From positions 64,001-128,000 of the IMG/VR virus record IMGVR_UViG_3300030390_000715: a stretch of DNA of 64,000 nt. The stretch is one strand, 5' to 3'. This document shows, one piece after another, positions 1 through 8,722 of this stretch. The DNA is from a virus. A program made the translations under genes and the position numbers. The notes under the pieces were generated by a model. The model saw only the letters and a program-made list of their open reading frames with translations, was not told where the DNA came from and did no database searches. Position 1 is the first letter of the stretch. Each line of letters begins with the position of its first letter.

Positions 1-2
1 TT

Positions 3-1286
3 CGCTTCAGAACAGGCGAACCCTATCTAAACTTTATTGATACTGCTAATCGCGATCTACCTCAACCACTGAAAGACTTGGGGCTGAAGATTAATGGTTC
101 AAACCTATGTAACGAAATTCACTTACCTACTGATGCAGAAAGAACCGCTGTTTGTTGTCTCTCTTCATTAAATCTGGAGTACTATGATGAATGGAAAGAT
201 ACCTCTATTGTTCGTGATCTTATCCGTATGCTTGATAACGTCCTGCAATACTTTATCGACAACGCTCCAGATACAATTGAAAGAGCGAAGTTTAGTGCGG
301 GTCGGGAACGAAGCATTGGTCTGGGAGCCATGGGGTTCCACTCCCTACTGCAAAAACAGTCTGTTGCTTGGGAATCACAAACCGCAAAGGAGATTAATCA
401 AGTTGTGTTTCAGCACATTAATTCCGAAGCGCACAAAGAGACTGAACTTCTCGCTCAAGAAAGAGGAGAATATCCAGACGGAATCGGCAGTGGAAAGCGA
501 AACTCACACTTGTTGGCAATCGCGCCCAACGCCAGTAGTGGTGTTATCTTGTCAACGTCACCTTCGATTGAACCCCTAAAAGCATGTGCATATACGCACA
601 GAACCCGCGCAGGTTCTTTCTTAGTTAAAAACATCTATCTTGACAGTCTCTTGACTGAGATTGGGCATAATAATGACGCGATATGGACATCTATTATCAC
701 AAACAAAGGATCTGTTCAACATCTACCTATTCTTAACGAAGGGCAGAAAGCCATATTCAAAACTGCGCAAGAGCTTGATCAGAACTGGGTCATAGAACAT
801 GCCGCTAACAGGCAGAAGTATATTTGCCAAGGGCAATCTGTCAACGTATTCTTTCCAGCCGGTGCTGATAAGGACTATGTCAATTCTGTACACTTGAATG
901 CTTGGATAAAAGGATTAAAAGGATTGTACTATCTACGCACAGAAGCTAAAAATCGTGCGGAGAATGTGTCCGAGAAAGTAGAACGCGTAGCTCTTTCTGG
1001 TGATATGCGAAGCATTGTATACAGCAAGCCTGGGTGCCCGTTCTGTACGTTAGCTGAAGAAGAATTAAAACTTCGAGGTATCTCTTTTGATAAGATATGT
1101 CTAAAAGAAATAGGAAAGACTGCGGCTGAAGTCACAGGCAGAAACGTCAAGACAGTTCCACAAATATATATTGCAGGCGAGTATGTTGGTGGTTATGATG
1201 ATCTTATGGTCCACTTGACAGCCGATCTTGAAGCTGATACAATATCCATAGACGAAGATAATGAGTGCCGAGCCTGCGAAGGGTAG
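3..1286 (+). CDS. nrdA: Ribonucleotide reductase class Ia alpha subunit, 5'-truncated, with a glutaredoxin domain before the C-terminal CxxC tail
   Basis: Frame is open from position 3 (RFRTGEPYLNFID...). Motifs SNLCNEI, AIAPNASS, SIEP and GLKGLYY; then Grx-like CPFC...TVPQIYI..YVGGYDDL; ends ECRACEG. Confidence 0.95.
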   Translation, partial: RFRTGEPYLNFIDTANRDLPQPLKDLGLKINGSNLCNEIHLPTDAERTAVCCLSSLNLEYYDEWKDTSIVRDLIRMLDNVLQYFIDNAPDTIERAKFSAGRERSIGLGAMGFHSLLQKQSVAWESQTAKEINQVVFQHINSEAHKETELLAQERGEYPDGIGSGKRNSHLLAIAPNASSGVILSTSPSIEPLKACAYTHRTRAGSFLVKNIYLDSLLTEIGHNNDAIWTSIITNKGSVQHLPILNEGQKAIFKTAQELDQNWVIEHAANRQKYICQGQSVNVFFPAGADKDYVNSVHLNAWIKGLKGLYYLRTEAKNRAENVSEKVERVALSGDMRSIVYSKPGCPFCTLAEEELKLRGISFDKICLKEIGKTAAEVTGRNVKTVPQIYIAGEYVGGYDDLMVHLTADLEADTISIDEDNECRACEG

Positions 1287-1320
1287 GTCATAAACAACAA
1301 ACAAATTAAAAGGAAACGCC

Positions 1321-2295
1321 GTGTCATTACTAGCATTCAGCAAAACGTACAAGCCATTTTTATATCCATGGGCAGTGGAGTTAACAACGAAGCATGAAGA
1401 GATTCATTGGGTTGAGTCCGAAGCGGAGTTATCCGAAGATATTCAAGATTGGAAAACTAAGCTTTCAGTCGAGGAGAAAGAGTTTATCACTCAAGTACTG
1501 AGACTATTCACGCAGTCTGATGTCCAGGTAGGCGAAAACTACCACGAACTATTGATACCCAAGTTCAAAAATAACGAAATTCGTAACATGTTATCATCGT
1601 TCGCTAACAGGGAAGGCGTTCACCAACGTGCCTATGCGCTCCTGAACGATACTTTGGGGCTACCTGACGAAGAACATTCTGCATTCTTAGAATACCAAGA
1701 AATGGCTGATAAAATCGATTTCATGAAACAGGGCGATATTAATTCACATACAGGACTTGCTCTAGTACTTGCACAGTCGGTGTTCAACGAAGGCATGTCA
1801 TTGTTCGCCTCGTTTGTAATGCTACTTAATTTTCAGCGTTTTGGTAAGATGAAAGGTATGGGCACAATCGTCGAGTGGTCTATTCGAGACGAGACAATAC
1901 ACGTTCAAGGTAACGCAAAACTATTCCGCGAATTCTGTCAAGAACATCCTCGAATCGTGAATGACGAACTGAAGTCGAAGATATACGAGATGGCAAAGAA
2001 CTCTGTTAAGCTAGAAGATCGATTCATTAAGCTTGCATATAAGGGAGCTGAGATCGAAGGTCTAAGTGAAGCTGATGTTAAACAATATATTCGACATATT
2101 GCTGATCGTCGTTTGCTACAGCTAGGAATGAAGCCCAACTTCAAAGCAAAAGATAATCCATTGCCATGGCTCGATTGGGTATTGAACGGTGCTTCTCATG
2201 ACAATTTCTTTGAGAAACGTGTTACAGAATATTCAGTCAACGGCATGGAAGGTGATTGGGGTTGGGAAACACCACTAATGGACGTAACCCAATGA
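1321..2295 (+). CDS. nrdB: Ribonucleotide reductase class Ia beta subunit
   Basis: Di-iron motifs EGVHQRAY, EGMSLFASF and RDETIH; NFFEKRVTEY; directly follows nrdA. Confidence 0.95.
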   Translation: MSLLAFSKTYKPFLYPWAVELTTKHEEIHWVESEAELSEDIQDWKTKLSVEEKEFITQVLRLFTQSDVQVGENYHELLIPKFKNNEIRNMLSSFANREGVHQRAYALLNDTLGLPDEEHSAFLEYQEMADKIDFMKQGDINSHTGLALVLAQSVFNEGMSLFASFVMLLNFQRFGKMKGMGTIVEWSIRDETIHVQGNAKLFREFCQEHPRIVNDELKSKIYEMAKNSVKLEDRFIKLAYKGAEIEGLSEADVKQYIRHIADRRLLQLGMKPNFKAKDNPLPWLDWVLNGASHDNFFEKRVTEYSVNGMEGDWGWETPLMDVTQ

Positions 2296-2483
2296 GTATA
2301 ATCTTAGAAGAACGACGAAGATTCTTTACCGACTGCGGGATTTGCGAAAGCCAAACACTCGTCGAGGTAATCAATGTTGACGAAGAAGTAGTTTTCTGTC
2401 CAATGTGTGGAACTGAAGCTCTAACAACCGAAGTAGATCAAGACGAAATGTCCGAAGTAGATAGAGCCGAAACAGAACTGTAA
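2292..2483 (+). CDS. Small zinc-ribbon protein
   Basis: ATGA overlap with the nrdB stop; CGIC...CPMC; acidic tail. Confidence 0.7.
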   Translation: MSIILEERRRFFTDCGICESQTLVEVINVDEEVVFCPMCGTEALTTEVDQDEMSEVDRAETEL

Positions 2484-2559
2484 AGCTTCTAAGTGCTACC
2501 TTAGGATAGACCTGAGCATGTCGACTGTCAATTACACCTAAACTGCTCACTTTATAACG

Positions 2560-2567
2560 ACTAAATA
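2560..2567 (+). promoter_or_regulatory. T4-type late promoter (ACTAAATA variant)
   Basis: ACTAAATA 25 nt upstream of the carbamoyltransferase; the same variant precedes gp4, gp2 and gp26. Confidence 0.6.
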
Positions 2568-2592
2568 GTTTCATCTTAATAGGTGATACTAC

Positions 2593-4185
2593 ATGAAACC
2601 ATCGATATGCCTCTATGAGGGTCATGACACTAACATAACGGTGTATGACCCCAACACCAATTCTTTCTATATCTATGAGTTTGAACGCGTCTCGGGTGTT
2701 AAACATCATAACGTCAAAGAAATAAAAGACCTACCTACGCAAAAACACACTGATTGTATCAATCAAATTCTAGATCATCTACTCGAAGTCCATGGCATTG
2801 AAAATGATTTCGAAACATTCATATTTAAACCTCTTTTTTGGGATCTATCGTATATCGACCGATCCGCTATAAAAGCTGATACTATCACATTCTCGGCTAT
2901 CGATCATCATGACGCGCATTCGTGGTGTGCCTATGCACAATCACCCTTTGATAAAGCCGCTAGTATTAGTTGGGATGGATGGGGCGATAACACCTCATTC
3001 AAGTATTCTTGTTTCGACGGAATGAATCGTTATGGCGTAGAATCGAAAGCAAGCTATAAATTTTCTAACATATACACCGCAGTGGGGCTATGCATATCAT
3101 ATCTACATGGTACGTATGCACTCGACGTTCCGGGTAAGTTAATGGGGCTAACAGCATACGGAGAAACTAACGACGATTACGTCCGTTTATTCAAGCGAAG
3201 TATGCTAAGTGAATCACACATCGCGCCTTTAGAGGACTTGATACCAAAATTGCCTATCATTAATTATAGAGAAGTATCTGTAAGTGAAAAGGCTGATAAA
3301 CTCCACGCATTCAATATCGCTAAGTCTGTACAGGTCGCGTTCGAAGATGGTATCGTCGAAACTATACGTGACGAATTTATGCCTATGATTTCAAAACATG
3401 GAAATAATCTTATCATGTCAGGCGGCAATGCGTTAAATGTATTAGCTAACGAGAGAATAAAGCGAGAGTTTCCTGAGGTGAATATCTACATACCGCCTAA
3501 CACTCATGACGGAGGGTTAAGCTTTGGTATTCTATACGAGCATTTACAAAGGAACGAATTCAGCCGCTCCTATAAATACGATGTGACTCGATCAGGACCA
3601 AGACTGTTCGACTATCTCGATATACCTCGAATCGTTCAAGAGAGACGAGCCAAGAAAGTTTCTGTAGATGATATCACAACATTATTAAAAGATCAAAAGA
3701 TCATAGGAATGTGTATCGGTAATATGGAAGTTGGTCCTAGAGCGTTGGGCAATCGTTCTATACTATGTGATGCTTCTAATCCCAAGATGAAAGATACCCT
3801 TAATTGTCGGGTCAAGTTTCGAGAGTGGTTTAGACCGTTCGCGCCAATATGCAGAAAAGAGGATGCACACAAATACTTCTACTCACCTAACTTCGAAAAC
3901 ATGGAATGTATGCAATTCGTCGCTGATGTGTTACCTGAACATAGAACGTCTTTGTTCTCGGTAACACACTATGATGACACTGCCAGGCTTCAGGTAGTGA
4001 CGCCTAAGAGCAACAAACCAATACATGACATACTTACTGCATTCGATGGGGTGCTTATAAACACTTCCTTCAATGTCCAGGGCAAACCTATACTTAATAG
4101 ACTATCGGATGCGCTCGATGTGCTGAGAGACACTGGGCTTGATCATGTGGTGGTTGAATACGAACAAGAATACTACTTATTCTAG
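2593..4185 (+). CDS. Carbamoyltransferase, NodU/CmcH/TobZ family
   Basis: GHD, HHDAH, DGWGD, GKLMGLTAYG, SGGNALNV, GPRALGNRS, VKFREWFRPFAP, TARLQ and NTSFN motifs. Confidence 0.92.
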   Translation: MKPSICLYEGHDTNITVYDPNTNSFYIYEFERVSGVKHHNVKEIKDLPTQKHTDCINQILDHLLEVHGIENDFETFIFKPLFWDLSYIDRSAIKADTITFSAIDHHDAHSWCAYAQSPFDKAASISWDGWGDNTSFKYSCFDGMNRYGVESKASYKFSNIYTAVGLCISYLHGTYALDVPGKLMGLTAYGETNDDYVRLFKRSMLSESHIAPLEDLIPKLPIINYREVSVSEKADKLHAFNIAKSVQVAFEDGIVETIRDEFMPMISKHGNNLIMSGGNALNVLANERIKREFPEVNIYIPPNTHDGGLSFGILYEHLQRNEFSRSYKYDVTRSGPRLFDYLDIPRIVQERRAKKVSVDDITTLLKDQKIIGMCIGNMEVGPRALGNRSILCDASNPKMKDTLNCRVKFREWFRPFAPICRKEDAHKYFYSPNFENMECMQFVADVLPEHRTSLFSVTHYDDTARLQVVTPKSNKPIHDILTAFDGVLINTSFNVQGKPILNRLSDALDVLRDTGLDHVVVEYEQEYYLF

Positions 4186-4199
4186 GAGCTATATACTGC

Positions 4200-4613
4200 A
4201 TGTGGAATTATAACGAAGAAGAGTTTGATCCGAGCGAAGAGTTTCTAAAAGACTATGTGGGCTTTGTGTATCGTATCACCGAGAAAGATACTGGTAGAAT
4301 GTATATTGGTAAGAAACTGTTCTGGAGACCCAAGACTCTGCCCGTCAATAAAACGAGAAAGCGTAAAGTTAAATTGAAGGTAATATCAGATTGGCAGAAA
4401 TACTACGGTTCGAGTGAACATCTCAAAGAGTCTATTGCAAGAACTGGTGTCGATAATTACCATCGCGAGATACTAAAATTATGTAGAACAAAGGGCGAAT
4501 GCTCATACTATGAGGCTAAAATGCAGTTTGAGAATGATGTTCTGTTAGACGATATGTATTATAACGCATTCATAGGATGTAAAATTCACGCGAAGCATTT
4601 ACCTAAAGATTAA
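4200..4613 (+). CDS. GIY-YIG-like nuclease domain protein
   Basis: GFVYRIT...MYIGKK, YYGSS, conserved E and YYN. Confidence 0.7.
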   Translation: MWNYNEEEFDPSEEFLKDYVGFVYRITEKDTGRMYIGKKLFWRPKTLPVNKTRKRKVKLKVISDWQKYYGSSEHLKESIARTGVDNYHREILKLCRTKGECSYYEAKMQFENDVLLDDMYYNAFIGCKIHAKHLPKD

Positions 4614-4618
4614 ATAAC

Positions 4619-4626
4619 ACTAAATA
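4619..4626 (+). promoter_or_regulatory. T4-type late promoter (ACTAAATA)
   Basis: ACTAAATA upstream of the kinase gene. Confidence 0.55.
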
Positions 4627-4663
4627 AGAGTATAATTTTAAACTCACATTCACGGAAGCAAAC

Positions 4664-5347
4664 ATGTTAAAGTTCTCTCAATATCTAGACGAAGGCGTAA
4701 ATGATCCTGCTATATTTAAAGCGGTATTTCTAGCGGGTGGACCAGGTTCGGGTAAATCATTTATAGTAGGAAAGACTGGATTAACTTCTATGGGCTATAG
4801 AGTTAGTAATTCCGATGATGCATTCGAAGCGGGCTTAAAGAAAGCAGGATTAGAGATGAATCCCGAAAATATATTCTCTGTCAAAGGGCAAGAGCTTCGA
4901 GGTAAAGCGACCGCTATAACTGGTACTAGACAAACAATGTATATTAAGGGTCGTTTAGGTCTAGTTATCGATGGCACAGGCAAGAACATGGATAAAATGA
5001 AACAGCAAGCGAAGGATCTCAAAAAGCTTGGATATGACGTAGCTATGGTTTTTGTCAATACTGACCTAGAAACTGCTATGACCAGAAATCGTAATAGAGC
5101 GAGAAAGCTTCCTGATGATATGGTTAAATCTTATTGGCAAGAGATTCAAAACAATATAGGCGCATTTCAAGCTTTGTTTGGTAAAAAGAACTTTCTTGTT
5201 GTTGATAATTCAGACGGTAAAGACTACAATAAGGAAACTCTTCGTGCGTACAAAGATGTACGAAAGTTCACTGAACGAGCTCCTGAGAACCGTACAGCGA
5301 TCAAATGGATTAAATCTGAGAAAAAGAAAAGAAATATAAAGAAATAG
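4664..5347 (+). CDS. P-loop kinase (zeta-toxin/AAA_33-like) with a possible capsid-targeting leader
   Basis: Walker A GGPGSGKS, LVIDGT, RNRNRAR lid; N-terminus MLKFSQYLDE. Confidence 0.75.
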   Translation: MLKFSQYLDEGVNDPAIFKAVFLAGGPGSGKSFIVGKTGLTSMGYRVSNSDDAFEAGLKKAGLEMNPENIFSVKGQELRGKATAITGTRQTMYIKGRLGLVIDGTGKNMDKMKQQAKDLKKLGYDVAMVFVNTDLETAMTRNRNRARKLPDDMVKSYWQEIQNNIGAFQALFGKKNFLVVDNSDGKDYNKETLRAYKDVRKFTERAPENRTAIKWIKSEKKKRNIKK

Positions 5348-5348
5348 C

Positions 5349-5377
5349 TTGACAACAATCTAGTGTCCTGATATAAT
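5349..5377 (+). promoter_or_regulatory. sigma70-type early promoter
   Basis: TTGACA-17-TATAAT with extended TG. Confidence 0.8.
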
Positions 5378-5437
5378 GCACTTAGAGAAAAAACAATGAT
5401 TGAACTGATTAACAACTAAAGGAAGTTAAGGTACCCT

Positions 5438-5872
5438 ATGAACAAAAGTAAACGCTTAGAAATCTTTGAGATACTAGAAGTATTCGCTAAAACAAAATCT
5501 AAAGCAGACAAGATTGCGCTCCTCCGTGAACATAATATTATGGCACTTAGAGATGTCCTCCAAGGAACTTTCGATCCCGCTATTCAATGGAATCTGCCCG
5601 AAGGCAAACCCCCATATATAGAGAATGAAAATCATAATGCTCCTTCGACATTACTTAGACAACATAGATATTTTAAATACTTTGTCAAAGGTGTTCATGA
5701 AAGCGAGAAGCTAACGAGAGTTAAACGAGAGAAAATGTTCATTGAATTACTCGAAGCTGTTCACCCCGAAGATTCTAAAATCCTACTAGCTATGGTGTCT
5801 AAGAAAAGCCCTGTTAAAGGTCTTACTCTAAAAATCGTAACAGAGGCATTACCCGATTTGATAAGTAAATAA
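5438..5872 (+). CDS. Conserved hypothetical protein of marine T4-like phages
   Basis: FDPAIQWNLPEG.PPY and REKMFIELLEAVHP pattern; upstream promoter. Confidence 0.7.
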   Translation: MNKSKRLEIFEILEVFAKTKSKADKIALLREHNIMALRDVLQGTFDPAIQWNLPEGKPPYIENENHNAPSTLLRQHRYFKYFVKGVHESEKLTRVKREKMFIELLEAVHPEDSKILLAMVSKKSPVKGLTLKIVTEALPDLISK

Positions 5873-5918
5873 ATTATATTATGTGAATTATAACTAAAAC
5901 CCCCGAAGGAGTACGTCT

Positions 5919-6089
5919 ATGGTAGAAGCATACAGTACAACGAGAATAGGGAAGCGCGATATGCGCGGACTTGGTAATTACATTCACAAACTTAAATCTA
6001 AGGGTAAGACTGACAAAGCCTATAAGATTGCGAGACAACAATTGAAGGCTAATACTCAATTCGAGTATACAACACAGACAAGGGGGTGA
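5919..6089 (+). CDS. Small basic hypothetical protein (56 aa)
   Basis: Translated by hand (MVEAYSTTRIGKRDMRGLGNYIHKLKSKGK...); AAGGAG RBS. Confidence 0.55.
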   Translation: MVEAYSTTRIGKRDMRGLGNYIHKLKSKGKTDKAYKIARQQLKANTQFEYTTQTRG

Positions 6090-6156
6090 TCATCTAGGCT
6101 ACAGGCTCAAGGATGAGTCGTAGTCCCTCTTATACATAATATAAAGGTATAACACT

Positions 6157-6342
6157 ATGGATAATGATACTAACAGAATGATCTTCACCGATACTGGTGG
6201 CGCACAACGCACGTTCCCATTGATTGCTACTAAAAAGCATAAGTATAAAGAGATTAAAGCCTTGCTTGAGAGAGCGAGTGAGCTGTTGGATACGGCATAT
6301 GTCGCGCATTTAGAAAATAGACTTAAAAAGAGAAGAAAATAG
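6157..6342 (+). CDS. Hypothetical protein
   Basis: ORF packed against the next gene. Confidence 0.5.
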   Translation: MDNDTNRMIFTDTGGAQRTFPLIATKKHKYKEIKALLERASELLDTAYVAHLENRLKKRRK

Positions 6343-6343
6343 A

Positions 6344-6574
6344 ATGCCAATCTACACAGTGAAACATAAAGAAACCGGAGTTGAGAAAGATGTTCTTATG
6401 TCGATTTCAGGGATGCAAGACTTTCTAGCTAAAGGTGAATACGCGCAAGTCATAACAGCACCTGCGCTTATTACTCATACTGGTAACATCGTCAATAAAA
6501 CCTCGGGCGACTGGAAAGATCATCTAAAAGCGATCAAGAAAAACTCGACGGATAATAATACGATAAATGTTTAA
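6344..6574 (+). CDS. Conserved small T4-like phage protein (MPxY.. family)
   Basis: MPIYTVKHKETG...GDWKDHLKAIKK...TIN pattern. Confidence 0.6.
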   Translation: MPIYTVKHKETGVEKDVLMSISGMQDFLAKGEYAQVITAPALITHTGNIVNKTSGDWKDHLKAIKKNSTDNNTINV

Positions 6575-7041
6575 GCATCATGGTTATAAACATAGATGCT
6601 TTCAAGGCGTACCATTAAGCGTTCTGCTCTAGCACGAACCTGATCTTTCCACCACCAACTATCGCGACCTTCTATTGCCGCTTGTTTCCAATCACCTTCG
6701 CATAAAGCTTTCTTAAAGTTTACGAACTTTGAAAGATTTGGTCGACCCATGTTAAACATCATGTTCACGCAGACTTCTTGAACCTCGTCGGGCCAGAGAT
6801 TAAACTTAGGTCCATACAATCGAACACATTCCATAGATGCTATATGAACATCATTATCAAACGCTTGTCTCACACGATCTTCTGACACCTCAACACCTAC
6901 AGGTAAACCGTACTCTTCGTCATTCTTTGTGATCAAGTGTCCTATACCAAATGTAGGATATCCTAGATGGTCTTTATAGATATTATAAACCACGCCTTCG
7001 TCAATTTCTAGCTGTTCTCTCAATTTTGTATTATCTTTCAT
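6571..7041 (-). CDS. Lysozyme/endolysin, GH24 (T4 e-like)
   Basis: DEG...YKDHLGYPTFGIGHL keeps the E-D-T triad; NMMFNMG; RAERL; GGAGAG RBS before ATG at 7041. Confidence 0.9.
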   Translation of the reverse strand: MKDNTKLREQLEIDEGVVYNIYKDHLGYPTFGIGHLITKNDEEYGLPVGVEVSEDRVRQAFDNDVHIASMECVRLYGPKFNLWPDEVQEVCVNMMFNMGRPNLSKFVNFKKALCEGDWKQAAIEGRDSWWWKDQVRARAERLMVRLESIYVYNHDA

Positions 7042-7124
7042 TAGTGGCTTCTCTCCGCTTTTCTTGGTGAATAACTTTATTAGACATTTTTTAAACATAC
7101 TTTATCTATAATGAAAATAAAAGC

Positions 7125-7152
7125 TTGACAGGCGCATTGAATCGTATATAAT
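7125..7152 (+). promoter_or_regulatory. sigma70-type early promoter
   Basis: TTGACA-16-TATAAT followed by AG..TTCATTAAC, shared with other early promoters; A-rich upstream element. Confidence 0.8.
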
Positions 7153-7185
7153 AGCAATTCATTAACGAAACAGAGTGAGGAAATT

Positions 7186-7365
7186 ATGAACAACTCTAAC
7201 CTAATTGAATATCGTCTAGTTGAATACCGTTTATCTAACAGCTTCGAGACTAGAACAGTAACAGGCGAAGACTTTATGCGTCATGTATGCGAGTCGGTGA
7301 CTTGCGAGACTATAACACTCGCTAACGGTTTAGGGTGTTTGGTAATAACTAAACACATAAAATAA
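7186..7365 (+). CDS. Small early hypothetical protein
   Basis: Translated by hand (MNNSNLIEYRLVEYRL...); GAGG RBS after the promoter. Confidence 0.55.
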   Translation: MNNSNLIEYRLVEYRLSNSFETRTVTGEDFMRHVCESVTCETITLANGLGCLVITKHIK

Positions 7366-7376
7366 GGAGATACGTA

Positions 7377-7550
7377 ATGAACAGCGATATGAACAGCGAT
7401 GAATTTCACGAAGGCTTTTCAATAGACACTTGGGCTAGATTTGCAAATGCGCGATGTATGACCGAGCGAGACGTTTTTAATCTTGATGGTCTAGAGAACG
7501 CTTCAAGGGAATTCATGGATCGACTTTTAGATAGCATTAACCTTTGGTAA
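7377..7550 (+). CDS. Small early hypothetical protein
   Basis: TAAGGAGA RBS; MNSDMNSDEFHEGF... Confidence 0.55.
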   Translation: MNSDMNSDEFHEGFSIDTWARFANARCMTERDVFNLDGLENASREFMDRLLDSINLW

Positions 7551-7558
7551 ATTAATGC

Positions 7559-7586
7559 TTGACATCCCTTGTGACCTTGATATAAT
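7559..7586 (+). promoter_or_regulatory. sigma70-type early promoter
   Basis: TTGACA-16-TATAAT; 27 bp identical to 27215-27241. Confidence 0.8.
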
Positions 7587-7620
7587 AGTACTTCATTAAC
7601 CAATGTAGAGAGATAAGATT

Positions 7621-8151
7621 ATGGCTAAATCACTAATACTCGTTGTTCAGACTCAACTCGCAGAAAACTATGGCGCACATTGTTGGAACGGTGAAGGTAA
7701 CTGTCCTCAGCGTTGGAAGTTTAAGGGTGGTGACACCTATGTTGTATCTGACGCGAAGGATACTGACAAGTTTCGTGACTTGGTTTCTAGTTCGATAGTC
7801 TCGGCAAATGATTACTATTCAGAAAGCATCCTCGACATTAAGGTGATGGCTGTATCAGATTATGTCGAGAGTGAACATGTAGAACACTGGGAAAGCCCAA
7901 TCTTTCTTCGTTACACTGGTAAACACGGCTCTAATGCGTTTTTCGCGAGAACCGAAAAAAGCAACGATTATATGAAGCATTTTACTGCCAGACGTTCGAG
8001 TTGGGTACAATCTGATGGTGAAAGACGAGACATTTCTTTTTCGTTTCTAGGAAGAAATGGCTCTTGGATGACTAACGAAGAACTTTCAGCAATAGGGGTA
8101 GCTATGATAAGTACATTGCCAGAAGTAACAGAGGGAGTAGGAAATGAGTGA
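7621..8151 (+). CDS. Early hypothetical protein
   Basis: TQ..ENYGAH.W.G.G.CPQ.WKFKGG motif; directly behind the promoter. Confidence 0.7.
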   Translation: MAKSLILVVQTQLAENYGAHCWNGEGNCPQRWKFKGGDTYVVSDAKDTDKFRDLVSSSIVSANDYYSESILDIKVMAVSDYVESEHVEHWESPIFLRYTGKHGSNAFFARTEKSNDYMKHFTARRSSWVQSDGERRDISFSFLGRNGSWMTNEELSAIGVAMISTLPEVTEGVGNE

Positions 8152-8665
8152 ATATAAAAGTAAAGAAAATAATTATTTTTTTGGTCACAAAACTGGAGAT
8201 GGTGATCGAGTTTATATAACAATGCCCCGATGGGAGTGTGGATGGTACTGGAGTTTTGGTAATCTTGTTAGTAACATAGGTAATTCGCCGCAACCAAATG
8301 AGACTTCTAATCTAGCTAACTACCGAGACGCTAGAAAGCTCTGCATGTATGAGACGTTAAAAGCAGATTATGCTTTATGTGAACCTTTGCGAAATGATGA
8401 TAACTTATGGAAGTTTTGCGAGTTGACTTATTCTTGCATAACTCTAAAGAATGCCGCCGAACTTTATTCGCGAGGTAGTAATCACGCGTATTCCCTTTCT
8501 GGTCGTATAAGGAATGAGGCAGAGTCTGTCAGACTCAATAATGTAGTCTTGCCAGCCCTATTCACTGAGATTGAATCGATCTTTATCAAAAAGGACCAGG
8601 CTTTTCTAGATTACGAAGCTGGCAGTAAACTCCTTTTTAATAATAAGCCCCGCAATTATATTTGA
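8144..8665 (+). CDS. Hypothetical protein
   Basis: WECGWYWSFG motif; overlaps the previous gene. Confidence 0.65.
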   Translation: MSEYKSKENNYFFGHKTGDGDRVYITMPRWECGWYWSFGNLVSNIGNSPQPNETSNLANYRDARKLCMYETLKADYALCEPLRNDDNLWKFCELTYSCITLKNAAELYSRGSNHAYSLSGRIRNEAESVRLNNVVLPALFTEIESIFIKKDQAFLDYEAGSKLLFNNKPRNYI

Positions 8666-8690
8666 CAACTACCATTAAACCTGTTACTAT
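8662..8690 (+). promoter_or_regulatory. sigma70-type promoter
   Basis: TTGACA-17-TACTAT with extended TG. Confidence 0.6.
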
Positions 8691-8722
8691 TTAAAAATCA
8701 ACTAAAACAAGGATATTATATT

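Noticed and set aside
4200-4613. Mobile homing endonuclease or intron
   Set aside because: Only a short GIY-YIG-like domain with no DNA-binding extension; the flanking genes look uninterrupted.
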